A stretch of DNA of 63,910 bases, counting the filler, from Bipalium vagum (lineage: Eukaryota): the NCBI GenBank assembly GCA_037834085.1. It is 3 parts of 3 records of this genome, joined end to end, with 100 filler letters (N's around TTAATTAATTAA, not from the genome) between each part and the next. Parts side by side here need not be neighbours in the genome. Positions count along the whole stretch, not along the records: positions 1 to 20,678 come from JBBMKC010248292.1; positions 20,779 to 40,702 come from JBBMKC010264072.1; 1 more part is not named here. One strand, 5' to 3'. A program made the position numbers and the translations under genes. Below, one piece after another: positions 17,101-28,539 of this stretch. Positions within the stretch are counted from its first letter, which is position 1; every line of letters begins with the position of its first letter. The notes beneath the pieces were generated by a model. The model saw only the letters and a program-made list of their open reading frames with translations. It did no database searches and had not been told where the DNA came from.

Positions 17101-17329
17101 TTTATTTTTATTACAGGTTTATACAGAAATATAGAAAAATATATAATTCTATGCAAAAATATATAGAAAATTATTCAGAAATATATAGAAAAAATATTCG
17201 ATTGTTTCTATTTGAAATTGAAAAAAAATCAGCTGCATGGTTGCTATTAAAATGACAGGTTTCGCTGTTCTGTCATCTGTTTATTTATTAAATCAAATTT
17301 ACAGACATTTTATGCTTCGAAATCAAAGA

Positions 17330-18500
17330 CCTATCTTTCGATGGGGACAAGTTGTGTAGTCATTTCGATTGAGATCCTGGGGATGTATTGGTGATAGACA
17401 ATTGTAGGTTCCATCACCTCAAAAATGTTAGTAAGTTGCTGAAAGATTTGTTACTATTATACTAAAACGTAGCAACGTGTGCTCGTCTGCTCGTGACTCC
17501 TCACTTTTTATAACTCGTTGTGTTCGTAATTCCTCTCAACCTTTTTGAATTTAAAACATCCACCACAATACTGTATTCGCACTCTTAAGAACCAATTCGA
17601 AATATTTAAAATAAAACTTCATTTGCACTAATACAACAATTCAAATCACAAAAAACGTTATTAAGGGTAAAATAAAATCATGGTAATGCTGAAATCGAAT
17701 TAATAATAATAATAAATTAATAATAAAATTGAAAAATGAAAACAAAAATGAACAAATAGGTCTCACCAAGAGCGACAAAGGATCCCCGGGGCACTCTCTA
17801 GGCCCTTCTCAGGCTGCCTAGGGGTTCCCAAGCTCACTGGGTCCCCTTGTAAAAATCCGACTGCATAATTGAGAATAAATCCAGTTGTATCATCAATGGT
17901 TACTTCAGAGTTTCGTCTTCGACTTTTAGACTTCTGCTTTTTCTGGTTTCGGTTCTCTTTTGACTTCAGCTTTTTTTCTAAATTTACTTCTGGCCATCAA
18001 CGGGAATAGCCATCTCCTTTTATAGTCGTAGAGATTGGTCTACGATAACCAATCCTTAAGCTCAGAGACGGCTATTATCCTAATAGCCATTTACTATCTC
18101 CACTCCGAGATAGTCTCCTGTCGAGGCTAATGGATTCCAGACAGGAAATCCATTAGCCTGATCCCATGAAAAATCCCCACGGCGGGATCTTGCTCATAAA
18201 AATTAATAGAATTTCAACTAAAAAATTTTCCTTTTTTTAAAACAAAATTTTATTATTATTATTAATTAAAAAAATTATTATTATTTAAAACTTATCATTA
18301 TTCTTCTTATTATTATTATTCTTCAAAAATTATTATTATTATTCAAAACTCAACAGATTTCAGCCACCATATTCGCCTCAATTAAAAGTGGAAATATCAT
18401 CACTTATAAGAACCATTATAGATCGGGACGATTTATAAGAATTGATTACCCAAGTACTCATGCATTTTCGCAATATGAGGCGATTTATAGAAAAAACCTG
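17330..18500 (+). mobile_element. IS630/Tc1-like (DDE_3) transposase remnant split by a solo LTR
   Basis: GDVLVIDNCRFHH (to ~17417) before the LTR and FQPPYSPQL (from ~18360) after it. Confidence 0.6.
17449..18355 (-). mobile_element. solo LTR (907 bp, TG...CA, 4-bp TSD GATT)
   Basis: GATT|TGTTAC...TCAACA|GATT. On the minus strand it has an ATTGG box and CTATAAAA, and its GC-rich block matches 55975-56070. Confidence 0.8.
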
Positions 18501-18569
18501 AGGGAGAGGCCTAAAATATTTTTTGTCTAAAAATAACATTTTTTTAAAAACATTTATTTAATATTTGAA

Positions 18570-18780
18570 ATATAAAAAATGTACAAAATATGCCAAATAA
18601 TTAAAATATCTAAGATATTTTATCAACAAATTCAGGGCCTGTTTTTTTATAAAGTATATTTACAAATATGGTCCACTTGGTCCAATAACTAACATTCTAA
18701 AAATTGTTGGTAAGTTTTTTTTGATTATTAATTTGAATTGTTTTATCATCTAAAATATCTGAACAAAAAAAATAAAATTA
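18570..18780 (-). pseudogene. Polinton/adintovirus-like packaging ATPase (A32/FtsK-like), 5' remnant
   Basis: Reverse strand reads NFRMLVIGPSG (18672-18705, Walker A start), then after a disruption KT..LNLLIKYLRY; located directly downstream of the minor-capsid remnant. Confidence 0.6.
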
Positions 18781-18791
18781 TAAAAAAATAA

Positions 18792-19668
18792 TTAAACTTG
18801 TTTGAGGTGAATAGTAAAATTAATTTTTTCTTCATTAAAATCTATTAATTCTTTATTATCATCAATTATTTGAAATTTTATTGCAGAAAGATTTCTTGTA
18901 ATTAAAGGATAATAAAAAAAAGTTTTTCTCTCAATTATTCTATAACCTTTTCTAACAGTATTTCATGGAAAATCAAAAATAATATTTATTTGCTCATTAT
19001 TAAAAAAGCTCCTTCTACAATATTACAATTAATCATAATTCTATTTATAGTTGAAATGTTAACTTTTTTTGAATAATTAACTCCTTCTTCATATGCTTTT
19101 TTAGTTTCAAATTCTAAAAGACTAACTAAAGAATATTTAACTGCAAATTCTACTGTAGTTCTTTTTGATAGTTTTCTTTAACAATTTAAAGAAATGTTAT
19201 TTGGTGAATTTTTGTATAATATTTATCTTTTTTTAAGGTTCTAAAGTTTTATCATATTTTAATTCATTATTAATAACTTTAGATATTTCTTCAACTTTAT
19301 ATGCGCCTGGAATTAATTTTAGATTTTTTGTTATTGATTTATAATCCCGAGATTCATTACGCTTTGCCGAAATTTTAATATTTGTAACTTTTACAACTAT
19401 CCTATTATTTTCTTCAGTATTATTAAATATAGAATAAAAAGTAGAAAAATAAACTAAAACTAATTATATTATAATTATAATTATTAACTAATCATAATTT
19501 AAATTAGAATCAAGTTGTAAAAGAGGATTAAAATTAAAAGAAATATTTGATTTTTTACTATTCATAAAAAAGAATGTTGAAAATATTTTAGAAGCAGTTT
19601 CTGTATTTTTTAATTCAGCATATATCTCTAATAAATATAAAATTTGTTTAATTTGCAAATTTTTCCAT
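18792..19668 (-). pseudogene. Polinton/Maverick (adintovirus-like) minor capsid (penton) remnant
   Basis: Reverse strand: FNPLLQLDSNLNY...LVYFSTFYSIFNNTEENNRI...LIPGAYKVEEISKVINNE...SLLEFE...KVNISTINRIMINCNIVEGAF...NIIFDFP*NTVRKGYRIIE...FQIIDDNKELIDFNEEKINFTIHLKQV*. Matches my recollection of Polinton penton motifs; frameshifts and stops present. Confidence 0.75.
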
Positions 19669-19809
19669 TTTATAAGTCGCTCATTTTTAAAAAATATATT
19701 TTTACAATTATTTTACAATTTTTTCATCTTTTCTTTAAATTCTTTTTTCAATTCTAATTTCAACGTTTTCTTTGTTTTATTTTTTAAATTTTCAATAACA
19801 TTTCCATTT

Positions 19810-20150
19810 TTAATTTTTTAATATATTTTCCTTTCATTCATTAATAACTATTTCTGCTTGTTCAATTTCTTCATTTGTTAAAATTTAATCTTCAATTGCT
19901 TTCATCTGAAAACCGTAAAGTTTATTAATTGATTTTTCTCTAGACTCACAAATTTCTCTATTAAGTTTTTTTCTTTTACTTGTAATATTTTTAAAAATTG
20001 CTTCTGAAATAAATACATTTACAGCTGTAAAGATTGCTGTACCAACAGGAATATAAAATAGTAATCCAATTCCTAAAGTTTAAACTCCAGTTAAAATTGC
20101 TGCTCAAATTTCATCAATTCCAGTTGTAGTATTAAAAAAAAACAAAACTA
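19810..20150 (-). pseudogene. Polinton/adintovirus-like membrane-protein remnant
   Basis: Reverse strand: hydrophobic AAILTGV*TLGIGLLFYIPVGTAIFTAVNVFIS, then a basic stretch and KAIED*ILTNEEIEQAEIVINE; co-oriented upstream of the penton remnant. Confidence 0.5.
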
Positions 20151-20678
20151 ACAAAGTTTGAATCAAATAGTATCAATCAAATAGTATGAATCAAATCGTA
20201 AATGTGAATTTCGCTAAATAAAAATGCAATCACTAATACAAATCAACGATTTTTTATAAATTTAAAAATGTTAAATATTGATTAAAACTTTGTTGAGTTA
20301 ATAAAATGTTACTAGTAAATCCCGGAGAATGATCAGAATAATGTTTATGCTCTTCGCTAATCCTAGCCTCAAGAGTCCTCAATAGTAAAAAGTGCCTCCG
20401 CCCTACTTGACGTTGAGAAGGCAAAAAAAATAAATACTGGAAGAACAAAAAAATTTAAATGTTATGTTAAGATCCTAAGTGGGTGGTTAAAATAATGTTA
20501 GAAATCGGAGCTTGCGTTCAGCTTAAGTATCAACGGTTGAAGGTTGCTTAAGGGGTTGTTTGTTTATTGAATTAACTGAGATAACGAAATCGGTTTAATA
20601 CGTTTATTGAGCTTGAAATGAAAATTAATATTACAAATAAATTGCGTTTCAAATGAGTGATAAAAATTATTTATAAAA

Positions 20679-20778
20679 NNNNNNNNNNNNNNNNNNNNNN
20701 NNNNNNNNNNNNNNNNNNNNNNTTAATTAATTAANNNNNNNNNNNNNNNNNNNNNNNNNNNNNNNNNNNNNNNNNNNN
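20679..20778. other. assembly gap linker N44-TTAATTAATTAA-N44
   Basis: Exactly 100 nt; the central 12-mer places stops in all six frames and is identical to the second gap. Confidence 0.97.
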
Positions 20779-21024
20779 TAAATACAAGTGTTGCTTTACT
20801 GATTGTTTTGATTTGCACCACCTAAGATTTTGGAGTCAGGTTTATATTTGATACCATAAATATTGAACAGTAACATCTCAGAGAAATTTAATTAAGGGCA
20901 CGTTTATATGTTCTGAATTATTAAACTTTTGAAGAAGTTTGAGGAAACTTGGTGTTGTCAATATTAACAATTGGGCGTAACACAATCAATAAATGTTTAA
21001 AAGCTGATATGAATGGTAAGACAT

Positions 21025-21300
21025 CTATTCGGGGATTATTTATTTTTATTTAAATAAAATAGTCACCATTGTGCAACATTTCTCCAACGAGATACAAGTT
21101 TCCGGATTCCATTTGTATAAAAATCTTCGTCTCAGGAATTGATGAAATCCAAGATGGCCCTTTTTACACTTTCATTTTCTACGAAGAATTTTTTGAGATA
21201 AGACATAATCTAAATGCTTGAAGAAATGAAAATCCGTCGGAGTAAGGTCTGGCGAATATGAGAGATGTTTCAAAATTTCAATATTTAATTCAAATATCTA
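21025..21300 (-). mobile_element. mariner (DD34D) 3' remnant
   Basis: Reverse strand HLSYSPDLTPTDFHFFKHLD. Confidence 0.75.
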
Positions 21301-22906
21301 AATATTAAAATTTAGTTAATTATTACATGATTTACAACGTCTTCAAAAAATTTGCTATTAAAGCGGACATTTCATACTGTACAATCTAAGAGTAAAAAAG
21401 ATAATTAAAATGGGATATAATTCCATACCATTTATTTGTTTTTTGTTTCCTAATGAGACTAATATTTAAACAAATCATAGTTTCTATTCTTAAACTTTAA
21501 TAAAATTACTATCTTAAAAAACAGTAAAATTTACAATTAAAATATTTTCTTTAAAAAAATTAATTTTTTTAATTTCAATAAATTTTTTTTATTTTTACTA
21601 ATATCTTTAATGATGTAATTTTTCGAAAATAAAATAAATTATTCTTTTTTAATTAATATCGAAAAATTGTTGGAATAAATAACAAAATTTGAAAAAATAA
21701 AAAATTATTATTTTTAAATTAATCAATAAAATAATATTATAATTATTATAACGTCTATAATCAGGACAAAAACTCAATGGGATGTCTTTTCACAGAAAAT
21801 GATCCAAAGGCGCCTCAAATCGAAAGTAATTGGGAAAAGAAAATTTACTGACTGTCTTTCACAAAAGAATTTCATTATTGTTTATAGTAAAAAATATTTA
21901 TTAAAAATATCGATTTTTTCAATGTTTTTTAAATCAGACTGGCGTTAATTGACTAAGCCCAAAATTTCAATGCAAGCTGAATGGAAGCACTTAAAATCTC
22001 CATGCAAACCTCAACTCTGAATACATTCTGATTCCTCATCCATGAATCGCCAGAACATTATCATTCAATTTCGTTTTTATTTCTTCATTCTTAAAATATC
22101 GTTTTCAATATTTTTCATTTGGAAAAAAAGTTAAATATGAAAATATTGAAAAAAAGTTCTTATTAAAACACTGAATATAATAGGAAATTAATCAAAATTA
22201 AAATAAATTTTCCACTCAGAAAAAGATTTTTGCAGATTCATTTTTTTTGTTTAATTATAAAATATAAAATTTGTTATTTTAATTTAATTTTATAAATTTA
22301 TAATAAATTGAGCGCAATTGAGGGAAAAATATTTCAGAATTTTTTCAAAGTTTTTACTGAAAGAATTAGATTGATTTTGCAAGCGATTTAGAAATAGATA
22401 ATCACCTGAATAACTTTAATTATTAAGAAGTCTTAATAGTGATAATTGTAGCAAAAAATATAATATATTATAACATTCTCATTAATAATATTATGATTAC
22501 TATTATTATATAAATAATAATATAATTAATTATTATGTAGTCTAAAAATTTACTGTAAAATCTATTATGGCCCTGATCAAAGCTGATCTCAGCCTGATGG
22601 TGATCGAAGATATACAAATGACTGTCTAAAATTAAGGACAATTTTCTCTAAAACCAATAAAAAGAAAAAATCTCCTTTGATAATTAATAAGCGATAATTT
22701 GTAATTAAATATTTTTTTATTTTTTTATTATTATTAAAGTATACAGTTATTATGTATAATTTTGCCAAATTAGCAGAAATATTTTTAATAAATAAATTAT
22801 AATAAGGTAATAAATAAAGTAAAATATTTTGCAACTTTTATTTTTATTTGATCAGACATTCTCGTGCAGATGGTTATTTTTCTAATTTTAAGAAAACCTG
22901 GTTTAT

Positions 22907-23420
22907 ACAGGCTGTTAAAAAGTAAGTATCAGATTTTAAAACGTGATATTGTTAAATATACTTAACACTAAAATTTTGACATAATGACACACATTTATTA
23001 AAATATACTTAAGTTACATTTCTCACTAGAACATCCATTAACTTTAATATAATGTTGTAATCGATGATAGAAAAAATCATAGAAATTTACACATTTATAA
23101 TAATATTTTATTTGCCTCTTCTTCATTTAGTTCCTTCAACTCTTTGATTTCTTGTATAAACATTTATCTTTAGATATCCTTAAGAGGAGAATTTGATTGA
23201 GAAAAGAGCCGGTAATCTCGCAGCTGAATGATACAGTCATCTTGCCTCCGATTCACTTTCTGTGAAATGTGCTGTTTAAAAATATTTAAAATTCCTGTGA
23301 GTAATGTGTAATGATCTTGTTCTCCGACAAAGTAAAAATAATATTTTCAAGAAACCTGAAACATTTATGATTTTACTGACTAAGGTTTCAACCTGCTTTT
23401 CAGTTGACAACATTATCCAA
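22907..23420 (-). mobile_element. decayed Tc1/mariner (rosa-like) 3' remnant
   Basis: TA-CAGGCTG TIR-like end; reverse strand gives degenerate WIGG...GYLK(D)..VY blocks. Confidence 0.45.
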
Positions 23421-23439
23421 AATATATATAAATTTTTAT

Positions 23440-24009
23440 CCTAGATTTAGGCAGAACGACCGGTTGCGTGCCTACGAACTCTAAGATGTCCCCGTAGTTG
23501 GTCGGTCAAAATATCCTGGAAATCTGGATCTTGATGTCATGGTACCATATTTCTTTGCTTCGGGCAAAAAGATTCAAAAGAATCCTACCTTCGGTTCAGT
23601 CTTAAATCACTGCTATTAGTCGAAAATGGTAAAAAGTTAATTTTGACACATTTTTGTTTACCGAAATATAACCTCCAAATAACTCAGATTTAAACCTTTA
23701 GACTATTTCGTCTGAGGCGTTATTGAAAAAGTTTCTAATAAGTGCAGCTACGCCAATAAATCAGATCTTCAAACAGTTTTTATTGCAGCATTCGACAGTT
23801 TGTACGAGCAGCAGATAAAAAAAGCATATTCATGTTTTCGGTAAAGATAAGAGGTTGCGATTGAGGTAGAAGGAACCTATATAAAATAAAATGACAAAGC
23901 AGGAACTTTTAAAAATATTTTGTTATTTGTTTTACTAACTTGTTTTTCAAATAAATCTTGCACTGTTATAATTTTGTTTCCTTTCTCCAGATTTTGTTGG
24001 CAGACCTTG
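23440..24009 (+). mobile_element. maT (DD37D)-like transposase remnant
   Basis: QNDR, PPNNSDLN../LDYFV*GVIEK, IEVEGTYIK*; TIR-like end GGCAGACCTTG-TA. Confidence 0.7.
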
Positions 24010-24998
24010 TATATATTTTTTTAATATGTTTCGTGTCAGAATTTAACAAAATAAATGAAATTATAACCATATTACAATTATTATGTAATTATATTATTAA
24101 ATATAAATATAAATAGTTTTATCTCCAAAACTAGCGAGAGAAACTTCTTTGAAAATATTACGTATTTTATATTCCCCGTCTATAAATGAGAGAAAATAAA
24201 TGATTTTCAGAACTGAATTTCTTCTTTCTAGAAGACGATTAATTGCTTTATTTTTAGTATTTTACTTGTTTAAATGCATTGAAATATTTGTACTCTAATT
24301 TTAAAAATTAGTAAAAAAATTATTTTACTGAAATACTTCGTGAACTTAATCAAAGTGTTTCTTAAATTCTATAGGGTGGACAGGAAATTTGCAAAAAGAA
24401 AAATTGATAAATGAAACCAGTAAGTCAATATTTCTCGTTACACATTTCTAAACATTATTTAAACAATTATCTTTCGTTTGTTTTAATGAGATCAGAAATT
24501 GAAACAAATTTTTTGCAGCTCGTAAAATTCCTTGTAACCGGGGTTCAATTACGAAAAATCCCCATTCAAGGCAACTTCAAGGGGGAAGGCAGGCGAAGAG
24601 GGGATTGAAAGGAATTTTTTTTTTGTTTTGGAGAAATATTTTCACAATCTTAAAAAATTGTTTGCTCTCCACTTTCCTTTTTGACAATGGGACAAGACAT
24701 GTAAATGTCATCGAACAGTTTTATTATCAACAAACAAACGAAACAACAAAACAAAAACTGAGAAACAAATACTACTTATTATCATCAATATAGACAGGAC
24801 GAATAATTAAAATAGAATCTCTTGTTTTTTAGGCAAAACTGTTGATGCCTATCTTATGTAAGAAGAGCAAAGGCAAATCTATGGACGACAGTAACGAAAG
24901 GCAAATTCTCTATCTCATATGAAAACATACAGACTCGTTATCGATTGGTTATGTGGATGTAGAGCTTGACTATTCTTTTCTTTTCTCCCATAACAAAT

Positions 24999-25200
24999 TA
25001 TGATGATGTTGGTGAATTTGATGATGATATGGATGATGATGTTGATGATGATGATGATGATGATGAAGAGATGATATTGATGATGTTGATAATAATGATG
25101 ATGTTGATGATGATGCGATGATAGTGATTATAATGATGTTTATGATAATGACAATAATGATGATGATGCTGACGACGACGACGACAATGCAACAAACAAT
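24999..25200. repeat. (GAT/GAC)n microsatellite
   Basis: Imperfect trinucleotide array upstream of the 25463 exon. Confidence 0.9.
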
Positions 25201-25462
25201 AATGTTGCCTGTCTTCTTTTCTCTGCAAATGTCTCCAAACCAAGTTGGATTGAAATTTTGTCAAACAAATCTAAATGTGATACTGGTTAAATGTGAGACT
25301 CATGTAAATCATTTCTAACCAATTATTTTATCGGTTACATGTTTTTCCATACATTCCCAACAAATGGGATCTTCAGTGTAAATCTATATGGCAACATATA
25401 ATAATAATTATGTCAGCTTAACAATGGTTGTTTTAAACAATTTGTGATTTCTATTGTCCTCC

Positions 25463-25830
25463 ATGGGCAATGAAGAAAGCTTGCCAACGGATAATGCCGT
25501 CAATCAAAACGTTCTCTTCGATTCAACGAAATTGAAAACGGATACCGTCAAAGATAAACCGTCAAAAAGTCCCGATAGTGCTCGTAAAACGTCAATGGGA
25601 TTATTACAAAAGTTGCCGATATTTTCGTATGCATCTGATGGTGGAAGTAACGAAAAAAAGAGTTTATCTGATAATTGTTCCTTGTCTAGCGATGAAATAA
25701 TGTCCGAAGATTCTCCTGTCACTCCTCCCGGTCCGGATCTTTCTCATCTATCGGATTCCGAAAGAGAGCACATTGCAAAAGTGATAGCCCGAGCAAAAAA
25801 TATCGAACGTGACGAAGATGAAAGATTGAG
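25463..25830 (+). CDS. first coding exon of a Piccolo/Bassoon/RIM-like active-zone protein (3'-partial)
   Basis: CCATGG start; MGNEESL resembles Piccolo MGNEASL and Bassoon MGNEVSL. PDLSHLSDSEREHIAKVIARAKNIERDEDERLR resembles the RIM/Piccolo/rabphilin N-terminal helix. Ends at a strong phase-2 donor AG|GTGAGT. Confidence 0.75.
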
Positions 25831-28065
25831 GTGAGTGTTATATTTTGTTCTCTTATACTTAAACATGTCACCCTTTTGTGATCGGTTTCATAAATTGTCT
25901 TACCTCTCACATTTCCATAAATCATTTTCTACATATATTATTGGCATCTGATATTTCTGTACAGCAAAATCGATAATGGCGGCATATTTATATTAATTAA
26001 AGATGATTTATGTCAAAAGAAAAGAAATTATTGTTAGCAAAACTAATTCATTATACATAGGACGGAAATGAAGGAGGAAAAATAATATTATTTGCAGTGT
26101 AAAAAAATAATAATCACGGAGACAAAAGCGTCTTTGGTGAAAAGATTTTGTAAGGAATTACTTGCATCGATGGACTCAAAGGTTGTGATGGTCGTGTCTT
26201 TCAATGACAATCATCGTCTCTTTCATCTGTCCTTTGAAGTCTTTGAGTCAAATCATTAAGTCACATAAATGTAATGCAAAATGAAATCAGATCAAACCGT
26301 TTCCATTGAAAAACGAGAGAAAATTATTAAAATGAATTATTGTATTATTTTATGGACTTACACTTTTCAGAGATCAGGAAATTAATAAAACTTTACTCAA
26401 GTAAAAAAAGATTTATTAAAGGCTTACAGTCAAAATATATAAAATGAATTTCTGCAATTGTAATTTGCGGCAATTTCTAAGCTGAAAATCATCTTCTGAA
26501 GCAGATTAATTAATGCTTAAAAATATTTTTCCGATTGAAAAATTATTTATTATTATTATTATTGCTGTCGATTCTTAAAAGCTTATTAAGCTTTCAGTTT
26601 TCTGTATAAATCTAATCAATAACAAACAATTGATTGTTCCCTGAAAATTAAATAATTAAAATTTAATGATTTGAACTTTTTTGAAATTGTGAAACGATTC
26701 CTTTAGATTTACTAAAAATTTTTTACTCGATTATCACATCTTAGGTATACACAAAGATCCCAAATATCCTGCATTATATCCGTATTTCTTCTGAAGAGCT
26801 TTTTTGTTTTTTTTTAAAGAAGATATATTAAATACTTATGATACCATTTGAAAACTGTAATGTTTAGTTAGTATCAAAACAATGACACTTTTAATGAGAA
26901 AATGAAATCATTAGATTAAATAAAAACAAAAAATTTATGTTAAAAAAAAGACGTATCATGTAAAGAAGAAAATTGAAGGGTTTTATTAAATTCGATCTGA
27001 AATCAACTCAACAGAAATTCGGGCAGTATATAAAGGTGAATAGAGTTTACATAAAACGTTAGCAGTTTGTTTTGATTTGTTCAATAATAATTTGAGTGAA
27101 TCAGATCAAATCAAACAGAAACTAAATCCAAAGATGACGAAAGACAAATTAAAGGGTCTTTGGACCATTAACGAAAAGAAAAGGTAATTGTAATGGTAAA
27201 AAGATCATTGGGTTCTCCGTAACAATGATAGGTCATAATTAATCATTATTTATAAATTCATTATAAATAAGCTTTTTATCATTATAAATGTATAACAAAA
27301 ACAAACTGAAAATTTTTTCGCCTGAAAATTGCGGTTTCTTTAAGATTTGGTTGAACACAATATTATAGGACGTACGAGTAAATTTTAGGTATTCATTAAA
27401 TTCAGCAACCAAGAGTTCAATTCAATTAAATAATCTATTCTGTTTACCATCATCTTTTGATTTGATAAAGTCCTCAGTCAAAATTTGAAAAAAATTCGGG
27501 TTAAGCGGCCTCAAATTAAAATGTAATGTAATATCATCATTGACTTAATAAAACAAAATGTTAAAGTAAATAAAATAAAATTCCATAAAGCAATTTTGAT
27601 TATTTATTATTCAGTTTAATAAAAACCTCGAATTCTCTTTTTCACACTGCTCGTATCTTAGCCAGGTTAATTGTAGGACATGAAAATGGATTTCAACAAA
27701 AAATAAAACGAAATATTTTTGTTTTTTAATTTCTGTTTATTTTAGCTGAATCGAAACAATTGACATTGTATTCTCCTAATCGTGTTACTACCTGATTTCT
27801 TAAAGAAAAATATTTTTTAAAAAATCTATTATTAAATTTCAGTGTCATAATTAAAAATGTTCTGGTTATTATTGATAGAATAATTATATATTATATAATA
27901 AAAATATCATGAATCCTATTAAGTTTGGGAGAGGCCCCTGGGTTTTGTATTATTAATTTCATTTATTCCTAGAAAACAATATAAAACTGAAAATTGTATT
28001 TTAATTGCTACCCAACTATTCTAATTTCAAAAAATATTCATTAGTTATTATTAAAAACATTATTA

Positions 28066-28239
28066 CAGTGAAACCTCGTTAATTCAAAACGCGCTGGACA
28101 CAAAAGTTTGTAATTAATTATCCGAGTCTTGAATTAACCGAAAAATAATACATTACAGGATGCATCTTGGGTTTTACAAAGGTTTTCGAATTAAGAGGGC
28201 TTGTGAATTAACCGAATTTTAATTAAGGAGGTTTCACTA
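28066..28239. mobile_element. pogo/Tigger-like MITE (174 bp)
   Basis: TA-CAGTGAAACCTCGTTAATT ... AATTAAGGAGGTTTCACTA-TA terminal inverted repeats; internal GAATTAACCGA repeats. Confidence 0.85.
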
Positions 28240-28539
28240 TATGAATTTTATTCTTTTAGATATAAAAATTTGCCTAATTTCTAAATTAAACTTCTTATCT
28301 CATATAATCGAAGATAACTTTAAATAAATTTTTTCATTTCAGCAAATCAAACCCAAAATCTATAAAGGAAAAAATAAAGTGAAACATAATGATAAAATCA
28401 AATGTAAAACTAATATCCTATAACATTATTAGAAACTGTCTTATATCTGAGTTAAAAAATCACACGATTAATAATTATTTATTTAATATTAATTAGCAGT
28501 GCCAGAATTCATTCAAATATTGTTAGGTCAGTTAGATGA

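Noticed and set aside
20723-20734. TTAATTAATTAA palindrome inside N runs (also 40747-40758)
   Set aside because: Artificial scaffolding linker, not biology.
22570-22630. Hammerhead ribozyme-like CTGATGG..GATCGAAG
   Set aside because: Core deviates from CTGATGA/GAAA and the stems cannot be built.
24998-25318. His/Ser/Met-rich ORFs on both strands
   Set aside because: Translations of the (GAT)n microsatellite.
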